This document shows positions 56,058 to 64,000 of a stretch of DNA of 64,000 nt, one piece after another (position 1 is the stretch's first letter; each line of letters begins with the position of its first letter). This stretch comes from Paenibacillaceae bacterium. Its GTDB lineage: Bacteria; Bacillota; Bacilli; Brevibacillales; Brevibacillaceae. The notes under the pieces are model-generated. The model searched no databases. It was not told the DNA's origin and saw only the letters and a program-made list of their open reading frames with translations. The stretch lies in the NCBI GenBank assembly GCA_041920465.1, contig JBHGXW010000045.1, forward strand, positions 5,233 through 69,232, in the 5' to 3' direction. Both the position numbers and the translations under genes were made by a program.

Positions 56058-56365
56058 GTGTACCATTATCCTCATATTTATTGGTCGCCCTGATTCTCTT
56101 CAGTGTCGGATTGTATGGCGCCCTAACCAAAAAAAGTGCCATCATTGTTCTTCTTTCCATCGAGCTGATGCTGAATGCAGTAAATATCAATCTCGTTGCT
56201 TTTGCCAAATACGGAATGTTTGCCTCCATTACAGGCCAAATCTTCACGTTATTTACCATGACGGTAGCGGCGGCAGAAGTAGCAGTCGGAATTGCCATTC
56301 TCCTCTCGCTGTATCGAAACCGCGATACTGTGGATGTTGACGAGATGGACACGATGAAACGCTAG
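56054..56365 (+). CDS. nuoK: subunit K
   Basis: [18 protein letters not shown]. Confidence 0.96.
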   Translation: MSVPLSSYLLVALILFSVGLYGALTKKSAIIVLLSIELMLNAVNINLVAFAKYGMFASITGQIFTLFTMTVAAAEVAVGIAILLSLYRNRDTVDVDEMDTMKR

Positions 56366-56389
56366 AAAAGGAAAAGGATAGGTGAACAT

Positions 56390-58306
56390 ATGGATACGAT
56401 AATGCAATACGCCTGGCTTATCCCTCTTTTTCCGCTCTTCGCTTTCATCTTGATCGTCTCGTTCGGTCGTCAGTTGAAAGAGGGATCGGTTTTTGTAGGA
56501 GTTCTGGCAATCGGAATCTCCTTTGCCATGGCAGTAATGACCTTCTTGGAGAGATTCAAAGAAGGGGCAACGGATTTCAAATACGTGGTTGACTGGCTGC
56601 AAATCGGCGATACAGTCGTCCGTATGGGCTATGAGGTTAACCAACTGAATGCATTGATGCTGGTAATCGTTACATTCGTCAGCTTGCTTGTGCAAATCTA
56701 CTCCAAAGGATACATGCATGGCGACGAACGCTTCCCGGTGTTCTATCAATATTTGTCGCTCTTTACTTTCTCCATGTTAGGGCTTGTGATTTCTCCCAAC
56801 TTGCTGCAGGTGTATATCTTCTGGGAGTTAGTAGGGGTATGTTCGTTCTTGCTCGTAGGTTTCTACTTCTTTAAACCGGAAGCAAAAGCGGCAGCGAAAA
56901 AAGCGTTCATCGTGACTCGTGTCGGTGACGTTGGATTGTTTATCGGGATTGCGCTTTTGTTCTGGTGGACAGGAAGCTTTGATTACTCCGAGATTTTTAA
57001 TGCAATTTCAGCGGGCCGTTTGGAGCCTTGGATGATCACGCTGTCGGCTATCCTGATCTTTATTGGTGCCGTTGGTAAATCCGGTCAATTCCCGCTCCAT
57101 ACCTGGTTGCCGGACGCGATGGAAGGTCCTACGCCAGTGTCTGCATTGATTCACGCCGCAACGATGGTTGCTGCGGGTGTTTATTTGGTAGCGGCAGCAT
57201 ATCCGCTGTTTGTCGCTTCTCCAACAGCGCTTAATGTAGTGGCTTACATCGGAGGATTTACAGCTATCTTTGCGGCATCCATCGGTTTGACTCAGCGCGA
57301 TATCAAACGGGTTTTGGCTTACTCAACCGTCAGCCAGCTTGGTTACATGATGCTGGCACTTGGGGCGGCAGGAGCTGCCGGTTATGTAGCCGGTACGTTC
57401 CATCTGATGACTCACGCGTTCTTTAAAGCATTGCTGTTCTTGGCAGCAGGCAGCGTGATCCATGCCGTTCATACCCAGGACATTTTCGAAATGGGCGGGT
57501 TGTGGAAGAAAATGCCGGTTACCGCTTGGTCTTTCTTGATCGGCTGCCTGGCGATCGCCGGTATTCCGCCGTTTGCCGGATTCTGGTCCAAAGAAGAAAT
57601 TCTCGGCTCCGTCTACCTAGCAGGCCGGATGGATCTGTTGTGGATGGCAATTATTGCGGCGTTCTTTACAGCGTTCTACATGTTCCGCTTGTTCTTCCTT
57701 ACCTTTGTCGGAAAGCCAAGAGGTACAGGCCATGAAAAAGCGCATGAATCACCTGCTGTTATGACTTTACCGTTAATTCTGCTTGCGATACTTGCGGTTA
57801 TCGCCGGTTTTGTGAATACGCCGTTCTCTCCGGTCTTGCATCATTGGTTATTGTCTGGATCAACAGGTGAAGTGATTGCCAATACATTTGGACATGAAGA
57901 AGGCCATGCAGCTGCTTGGGTCCAAATCATGGCGATTCTCGTTTCCGTACTCGGTATTGCCTTGGCCTATCTCATGTATGCAAAGCAGTCGCTCTCCCGC
58001 GATTGGATTGCTCGCCCAATGCCTTGGCTGTATCAGCTCTCTTACCGCAAATATTATGTGGATGAAATTTATCACGCTGTGTTTGTTCAACCGCTTAAAT
58101 CAATTGGTTGGGTGCTTGATCTGTTTGACCGTTATGTAGTAGACGGCCTTGTGCAATTGGTAGTCTTTATTACGAATGGTATTGGGGCCGCACACGCTCG
58201 TATTCAGAACGGACAGATGCAAACATACGGATTTGTGGTGTTGGTTGGTCTCATTCTCCTAGTAATCGGACTTACAGCGTTTGGAGGTGTCCCTGGTGTT
58301 AAATAG
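56390..58306 (+). CDS. nuoL: subunit L
   Basis: KSGQFPLHTWLPDAMEGPTPVSALIHAATMV, THAFFKALLF. Confidence 0.97.
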   Translation: MDTIMQYAWLIPLFPLFAFILIVSFGRQLKEGSVFVGVLAIGISFAMAVMTFLERFKEGATDFKYVVDWLQIGDTVVRMGYEVNQLNALMLVIVTFVSLLVQIYSKGYMHGDERFPVFYQYLSLFTFSMLGLVISPNLLQVYIFWELVGVCSFLLVGFYFFKPEAKAAAKKAFIVTRVGDVGLFIGIALLFWWTGSFDYSEIFNAISAGRLEPWMITLSAILIFIGAVGKSGQFPLHTWLPDAMEGPTPVSALIHAATMVAAGVYLVAAAYPLFVASPTALNVVAYIGGFTAIFAASIGLTQRDIKRVLAYSTVSQLGYMMLALGAAGAAGYVAGTFHLMTHAFFKALLFLAAGSVIHAVHTQDIFEMGGLWKKMPVTAWSFLIGCLAIAGIPPFAGFWSKEEILGSVYLAGRMDLLWMAIIAAFFTAFYMFRLFFLTFVGKPRGTGHEKAHESPAVMTLPLILLAILAVIAGFVNTPFSPVLHHWLLSGSTGEVIANTFGHEEGHAAAWVQIMAILVSVLGIALAYLMYAKQSLSRDWIARPMPWLYQLSYRKYYVDEIYHAVFVQPLKSIGWVLDLFDRYVVDGLVQLVVFITNGIGAAHARIQNGQMQTYGFVVLVGLILLVIGLTAFGGVPGVK

Positions 58307-59849
58307 CATGTTGCTTACGCTGATCACGTTTTCACCACTTCTTGCTATTCTCGTCATCGCGTTCATTCCGAAGCATCAGGGTGGCGTGGTTAAGCAAATC
58401 GGGATTCTCGGAACCCTCTTACCGCTTGTTTTGTCCTTAATGCTGTTTGCCCATTTTGATTATCAAAAGCCTGACATGCAGTTCGTAGAGAAGACAAACT
58501 GGATCACCATTCCGGCTACTCTCGATCAGGCTGGCAAGCTGTATTCCTTGAAGATCGATTATGAAATGGGTGTAGATGGGGTTTCCATGCCGTTGGTTTT
58601 GCTGACGTCCATAATCGGAACTCTTGCAGCCATCGCTTCCACTCATCTCAAAAAACGTCTGAAAGAGTATTTCATTCTGTTCCACATCCTGTTAATGGGA
58701 ATGTTCGGGGTATTCGCTACCCAAAACTTGTTCCTGTTCTTCATCTTCTTCGAAATGACGCTCGTTCCGATGTATTTCCTGATCGGGATTTGGGGGTACT
58801 CCGAGCGTGAACGTGCCGCGAACAAGTTCTTGTTGTACAACGGCGTTGGTTCTGCGATTATGCTGATTGCGTTCATCACGATTTATATGAATGTACCGAA
58901 TGCCAATGGCGATCTCACCATGAACATGGGTGAATTGACACAAGCATTATCCCAGGCAAGCAATCCGATGCTTCAGCATGTGAGTGAAACGCTTCGTTTT
59001 TGCTTGTTCCTGGCCTTGTTTATTGCCTTTGGCATCAAGCTGCCGATCTTCCCGTTCCACACTTGGATGCTGAAAGTTCACGTACAAGCACCGCCTTCTA
59101 TCGTTATGATCCACTCCGGTATCCTGCTGAAGATGGGTGCGTATGGTCTTTTGCGTATGGGAATCGGATTCTTCCCTGAACAGGCGTACTCGTTTGCAAA
59201 ATGGATGGCTGTGCTTGGTCTGATCAATATTTTGTACGGGGCAATCATTGCTTTTGTACAGAAAGATCTCAAAATGGTCATGGCTTACTCCAGTATCAGC
59301 CACATGGGTGTTGTTCTCTTCGGATTTGCCGCGATGAACACCGTAGGGTTCCAGGGAGCCATCTTCCAAGTGGTTTCTCACGGCTTTATCTCCGCGCTGA
59401 TGTTCTTCCTGATCGGAGTAATCTGGGAGCGTGTCGGTACATCCGATATTTCCGAACTGGGCGGTTTAGCGAAGTCGATGCCATTTGTCAGCGGCATCCT
59501 GCTGACGGCGGCCATGGCTTCTCTGGGGCTGCCGGGCATGTCCGGATTTATCAGCGAATTCCTCTCTTTCCTGGGACTTTTCGGTGTGATGCCGGGCGTT
59601 GCGGCTGTTGGTGCACTCGGGCTGATTTTGACCGCTGCGTACCTGCTTCGCGCTATCCTTCGTACAACATTCGGCCCTACACAGGAGCGTTATCTTCAAC
59701 TAGCTGATGCACAACCGGTTGAAGTAATTCCGATGGTGGTATTGTTGGGCTTCATCATCTTGATTGGTATCTATCCGGCGGTACTTAGCGATCCGCTGCA
59801 AGAAACATTGAAAACAATCGTGCCAATCGTTCAAGGGATAGGGGGGTAA
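58296..59849 (+). CDS. nuoM: subunit M
   Basis: FFEMTLVPMY, KLPIFPFHTW, LKMGAYG, SHG; GTG start overlapping the nuoL end. Confidence 0.96.
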   Translation: MLNSMLLTLITFSPLLAILVIAFIPKHQGGVVKQIGILGTLLPLVLSLMLFAHFDYQKPDMQFVEKTNWITIPATLDQAGKLYSLKIDYEMGVDGVSMPLVLLTSIIGTLAAIASTHLKKRLKEYFILFHILLMGMFGVFATQNLFLFFIFFEMTLVPMYFLIGIWGYSERERAANKFLLYNGVGSAIMLIAFITIYMNVPNANGDLTMNMGELTQALSQASNPMLQHVSETLRFCLFLALFIAFGIKLPIFPFHTWMLKVHVQAPPSIVMIHSGILLKMGAYGLLRMGIGFFPEQAYSFAKWMAVLGLINILYGAIIAFVQKDLKMVMAYSSISHMGVVLFGFAAMNTVGFQGAIFQVVSHGFISALMFFLIGVIWERVGTSDISELGGLAKSMPFVSGILLTAAMASLGLPGMSGFISEFLSFLGLFGVMPGVAAVGALGLILTAAYLLRAILRTTFGPTQERYLQLADAQPVEVIPMVVLLGFIILIGIYPAVLSDPLQETLKTIVPIVQGIGG

Positions 59850-59855
59850 GCAACC

Positions 59856-61367
59856 ATGACGACAAATATTTTGACTCAGTACAATTGGAGCTACCTTCTG
59901 CCCGAACTCATCATTCTCGGTTGTGCAACGTTGCTTTCCTTGCTCGATCTGTTTATGGGCAAAAGAACAAGCCGGGCATTGCTTAGCTGGTTAGCTCTGG
60001 CAGGCGTTGTTCTTGCAGGATTCTTCGTAATGTCCAATGTGAATGCGCTCGATAAACCATATTCCTATATGGCCGATATGCTGCGCGTGGATGATTTCGG
60101 CAATGCCTTTAAATTGTTGTTCTTAGGCGGGGTAGCATTTACCTTGATTCTTTCGCAATCCTATATGCAAAAGGGCGAAATTACTCATCAGGGCGAATAT
60201 TACTATCTGCTCTTGACCGGTCTCTTAGGGGCTATGGTTATGGCTTCTTCCGCAGATTTGATTACCTTGTTCGTAGGGCTTGAATTGCTTTCTATCTCTT
60301 CTTATGTATTGGTAGGTATGCGCAAGTCGGCCCTGCAATCCAACGAAGCTGCATTTAAATATGTGGTATCCGGTGGAATTGCGACTGCCGTTACCCTGTT
60401 CGGTATGTCTTACCTGTACGGGATTACCGGTACAACGAACCTTTACGAAATCGCGTCACGTTTGGCCGATGCTTACTCCAACGGATTCGAATTTCTGGTG
60501 CTCTTGTCGTTTGCCTTAATGGTATCCGGCCTTGGATTCAAAATTGCGACCGTTCCGAATCACATGTGGGCTCCTGACGTTTATCAAGGAGCGCCTACTC
60601 CGGTTACAGCCTTCTTGGCGGTGGTATCCAAAGCTGCCGGTTTCGCTCTGGTAATCCGTTTGATGTTCCTTGCTTTCTACGGTGTGTACGGAGGTCCGCA
60701 CAACCTGACCCTGTTCCTGTCCATCGTAGCGGGATTGTCGATGATCATCGGTAATACCATGGCTGTTCGACAAACCAACGTGAAACGGATGATGGCTTAC
60801 TCCGGTATTGCCCAAGCCGGTTATCTGTTGGTTCCGTTTGTGACCATTACGAAGTTTTTCTTCTTTGAACAAGTGATCTTCTATTTGTTCGCATACCTGC
60901 TGATGAGCTTCGGTTCATTCGCCATTATTATGGTAGTAACACGCGATCAGGGAACAGAAGAGATTAAGGCGTTCTCCGGACTGTATCATCGTGCACCGTT
61001 TACAGCGGTAGCCATGACGATTTTCTTGCTCTCGCTGGCAGGGATTCCGGTTTCGGCAGGTTTCTTCGGCAAGTTCTACATTTTCATGAGTTCAATCTTG
61101 ACGAAGCACTTCTGGTTGTCCGCCATCATGATTGCAACCAGCGTTGTTTCTTACTACTACTACTTCGGCATTATCCGTCAAATGTACATGCGCTCAGGCC
61201 AAACGGAAGCGCGGCTTAAACTGCCATTTGGCGTTGCCTTTGTCGTAGCGGTAGCGGTAATTGCTACCTTTGCTTTCGGGATCGTGCCGGAAGTGGCAAC
61301 GCAGTACATCCATAACAGCTTTAATGCGAACTTCGATATTGGCAATCTGGTAGTACCAAGTAAATAA
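59856..61367 (+). CDS. nuoN: subunit N
   Basis: GLELLSISSY, FKIATVPNHMWAPDVYQGAPTP, SLAGIP. Confidence 0.96.
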   Translation: MTTNILTQYNWSYLLPELIILGCATLLSLLDLFMGKRTSRALLSWLALAGVVLAGFFVMSNVNALDKPYSYMADMLRVDDFGNAFKLLFLGGVAFTLILSQSYMQKGEITHQGEYYYLLLTGLLGAMVMASSADLITLFVGLELLSISSYVLVGMRKSALQSNEAAFKYVVSGGIATAVTLFGMSYLYGITGTTNLYEIASRLADAYSNGFEFLVLLSFALMVSGLGFKIATVPNHMWAPDVYQGAPTPVTAFLAVVSKAAGFALVIRLMFLAFYGVYGGPHNLTLFLSIVAGLSMIIGNTMAVRQTNVKRMMAYSGIAQAGYLLVPFVTITKFFFFEQVIFYLFAYLLMSFGSFAIIMVVTRDQGTEEIKAFSGLYHRAPFTAVAMTIFLLSLAGIPVSAGFFGKFYIFMSSILTKHFWLSAIMIATSVVSYYYYFGIIRQMYMRSGQTEARLKLPFGVAFVVAVAVIATFAFGIVPEVATQYIHNSFNANFDIGNLVVPSK

Positions 61368-61479
61368 TCCGTGTATAATCAAGGGGGGAACGGCGAAATG
61401 GCCGGCCCCTCTTCTTTTTTGAATGAATCACATACTCTATGGTCGGGCAAGTATTTTACGGTGTGTAGGAGTGAAGAGA

Positions 61480-61713
61480 ATGGGAGCATTTGGGGTATCG
61501 GCTTTGGTAAATATTTTGGTTTCCATTGTATGTATTGGTCTTAGCTGGTGGGCCTTGCAGGCATTTCGCCTTGATTTATTTGTCAAAAGACCGGACAGCG
61601 CTCAGACAAAGCTTCTGCAGATCATCTTGGCTGTCTTTGTCGGTCACGGGGTAGCCAGCTTTTTTATGGAGTACTTGGGCTGGTCCATGATGCTTAAGGA
61701 ACTGTGGAAGTAG
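61480..61713 (+). CDS. ywzB: YwzB / DUF1146-family membrane protein
   Basis: SWWALQAFRLD..K......LLQIILAV; synteny upstream of ywmB-murAA. Confidence 0.85.
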   Translation: MGAFGVSALVNILVSIVCIGLSWWALQAFRLDLFVKRPDSAQTKLLQIILAVFVGHGVASFFMEYLGWSMMLKELWK

Positions 61714-61807
61714 GGTTCGAACGGGACAACGTTTTTCTTAACTGGTATAAGCCTCCATTTTTCCGTACAAACTGATTTTAACGGGGAAAAAATGGGGGAG
61801 TAGAATC

Positions 61808-62557
61808 ATGGGGAAAATATCAATTTGGCCGAAATGGCTTGTTCTTGTAGCTGTTTTGGGAGCATTATGCTTGCCTGCTGCTTGGGCCGAAGAGACGAAA
61901 GACCAAACCATCGGGAGAATCATCCAAGCCATGGAAGCAAGCGGAGCAAAACCGACAGAGATTGAAGTAAGAACAAGCATCGATCTGGGATTTGTCCGCA
62001 CGACCAAAGACCTATTCACGCTGGCGAATGACTGGAGTGAGAGGTTGGATTTGCCGAGTCAGGCTAATGTTTTTCCTGAGGAAGACCATGTTGTCTATGA
62101 AACTCAGGCACAAAAAGGGCAAACTTCAATTTTTTTCCGGATGATTGGTGTACCTCAGGACAAAGCGTTTCATACATATCTTGTGCTGAGGTTGAAAGGA
62201 AATCGCATTCATTCACAAGATGTTGAAAAATGGCGTGGTCAAGTAACGGCACTCTTCAAAAAGGCTTCAAGGATTCCGCAATTTAGCACTTGTATTCGCG
62301 GAATATACAGTGATAAACTGAGTGTTGATCAGCAGGGGGACAAGGTTCGTACCGTTCTCTCTGCCTTGGAAGCGAGTGAAATTGAGCGCCTTCAAGATGA
62401 GACGGTACTTAGTATCTCTGCCCACACCGAGTTATGGAAACCCTACATCACGACTGGGCAAAGCAAGATGAACGTTCAGGTGGCAACTCATCTGGATACC
62501 CTTCACTCCATTACTCGGATCACAATAGGGACACCGATCATCACAGCGGAATACTAA
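61808..62557 (+). CDS. ywmB: YwmB-family TATA-box-binding-like protein
   Basis: Signal/TM N-terminus; C-terminal MNVQVA...TIGTPIITAEY; directly upstream of murAA. Confidence 0.8.
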   Translation: MGKISIWPKWLVLVAVLGALCLPAAWAEETKDQTIGRIIQAMEASGAKPTEIEVRTSIDLGFVRTTKDLFTLANDWSERLDLPSQANVFPEEDHVVYETQAQKGQTSIFFRMIGVPQDKAFHTYLVLRLKGNRIHSQDVEKWRGQVTALFKKASRIPQFSTCIRGIYSDKLSVDQQGDKVRTVLSALEASEIERLQDETVLSISAHTELWKPYITTGQSKMNVQVATHLDTLHSITRITIGTPIITAEY

Positions 62558-62578
62558 AGCTACGCGGAGGGATATCAT

Positions 62579-63913
62579 TTGGAAAAAATCGTTGTCCGCG
62601 GTGGTAAGGCATTAGCGGGAAATGTGAAAGTTTCAGGCGCAAAAAACGCAGTACTTCCCATTATTGCAGCATCGATTCTTGCGGAAGAAGGAACAAGCGT
62701 CATTCATGACGTACCAGCGCTTGATGATGTTTATACAATTTGCGAGTTATTAAAAACACTCCAGGTTGATGTTACATATGATGGCGAAACTTTGAAAATT
62801 AATGCCACCAACTTGAACGGCATTGAAGCTTCATATGATTTGGTTCGCAAAATGAGAGCTTCTTTTCTGGTAATGGGGCCGCTTCTTTCCCGAAAAGGTA
62901 AAGCGCGTATCGCTCTGCCGGGCGGATGTGCAATTGGGACTAGGCCGATTGACCAGCATCTCAAAGGATTTGAGGCTATGGGAGCCAAGATTGACATCGG
63001 ACAAGGATTTATCGAAGCTGAAGTAGAAGGACGCCTCAAAGGAGCCAAAATTTATCTGGATATTGCCAGCGTGGGAGCTACCGAAAATATCATGATGGCC
63101 GCTTCTCTTGCAGAAGGGATTACTGTCATCGAGAATGCGGCAGAAGAACCGGAAATCGTGGATTTGGCTAACTTCCTGAACAGCATGGGTGCCAAAATTC
63201 GCGGTGCGGGAACCGGTTCCATCCGGATTGAGGGCGTGGAACGCCTGAAGGGCTGCACTCATTGCGTGATCCCTGACAGGATTGAAGCAGGAACATTTAT
63301 GGTGGCAGCCGCGATTACGGGCGGCGATGTGTTTGTGGAAGGAGCAATTTGTGATCATTTGAAGCCGATCACGGCCAAGCTCCGGGAGATGGGTGTAGAA
63401 GTTGAGGAGCATGAGAACGGTGTCCGCGTACGCCGGACTGGTCCGCTAAAAGCTGTAGACGTGAAGACACTTCCATACCCGGGCTTCCCGACGGATATGC
63501 AATCCCAAATGATGGCATTGCTTTTAGCTTCCGAAGGCACAAGCATTGTGACGGAAACCGTGTTTGAGAATCGTTTTATGCATGTGGAAGAGTTTCGCCG
63601 CATGAGTGCCAACATTAAGATTGAAGGGCGCAGCGCGATCATTGAAGGCGGTATTAAGCTGACCGGAAGCAAGGTTTGCGCGACCGATCTACGGGCTGGG
63701 GCCGCATTAATTTTGGCCGGATTAATAGCCGAAGGAGAAACCGAAGTGGGCGGTCTGCATCATATTGACCGGGGATATGTGGATATTACCGGTAAACTGC
63801 AAGCGCTTGGAGCCAACATCGAACGAGTCAAAGTGGTTGAGCAGCCTGTTGCGGAATTGCGCGAAACCAAACCGCAGCCTGTAAAAGTGAATTTATCTCC
63901 TAACTTTGCATAA
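62579..63913 (+). CDS. murAA: UDP-N-acetylglucosamine 1-carboxyvinyltransferase 1
   Basis: [41 protein letters not shown]. Confidence 0.96.
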   Translation: MEKIVVRGGKALAGNVKVSGAKNAVLPIIAASILAEEGTSVIHDVPALDDVYTICELLKTLQVDVTYDGETLKINATNLNGIEASYDLVRKMRASFLVMGPLLSRKGKARIALPGGCAIGTRPIDQHLKGFEAMGAKIDIGQGFIEAEVEGRLKGAKIYLDIASVGATENIMMAASLAEGITVIENAAEEPEIVDLANFLNSMGAKIRGAGTGSIRIEGVERLKGCTHCVIPDRIEAGTFMVAAAITGGDVFVEGAICDHLKPITAKLREMGVEVEEHENGVRVRRTGPLKAVDVKTLPYPGFPTDMQSQMMALLLASEGTSIVTETVFENRFMHVEEFRRMSANIKIEGRSAIIEGGIKLTGSKVCATDLRAGAALILAGLIAEGETEVGGLHHIDRGYVDITGKLQALGANIERVKVVEQPVAELRETKPQPVKVNLSPNFA

Positions 63914-63925
63914 TCACAAAAGCCG

Positions 63926-63953
63926 AGACTTCCGCTAATAACGGAAGTCTTTT
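63926..63953 (+). terminator. terminator after murAA
   Basis: agacttccg/cggaagtct stem followed by ttt. Confidence 0.7.
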
Positions 63954-64000
63954 CTATTAAGGTTTTTTTTCCCTTTAGGGACCCGACCTTCTGTGCTATG

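Noticed and set aside
63978-64000. gggacccgacc, possible start of another REP unit
   Set aside because: Truncated by the window edge and only 11 nt match; left unannotated.

Overview
Core chromosome of a spore-forming Bacillales bacterium, Brevibacillus-like by gene order and protein content (inference; no 16S in the window). All supported genes are on the + strand. Order: acyl-CoA dehydrogenase x2-meaB-TetR-icmF; an AT-richer accessory insert (MarR, DHA2 MFS, small membrane protein, SDR, gene debris, DJ-1/PfpI); rpoE-pyrG-spo0F-fba-tal-murAB-glpX-rho-LysM/M23-radical SAM-rpmE-tdk-lipoprotein-prfA-prmC-spoIIR-sua5-mntP-ywlE-rpiB-ywlG-glyA-upp-wecB; an SLH-anchored phosphodiester glycosidase; thiolase; the atp operon; a hypothetical gene; an immune inhibitor A (M6) protease; an 11-subunit complex I-like nuo operon lacking nuoEFG; ywzB-ywmB-murAA. 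No rRNA, tRNA, CRISPR array or transposase was seen. Most interesting signals: (1) a dispersed family of about 40-bp REP-like hairpins with compensatory stem changes, in both orientations, with one copy apparently inserted inside a 288-bp MITE-like element; (2) a MarR-controlled module encoding a membrane protein with a hydroxylaminobenzene-mutase/styrene-oxide-isomerase-like NPR..SAHL motif next to an SDR and an efflux pump; (3) a DnaA-box cluster partly written into the SpoIIR and Sua5 coding sequences; (4) an uncharacterised radical SAM gene between rho and rpmE; (5) the complex I-like enzyme with an Ala/Lys-repeat NuoC extension. All family assignments come from motif recognition by eye; no database searches were run. 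Start codons were adjusted to the best RBS where noted.
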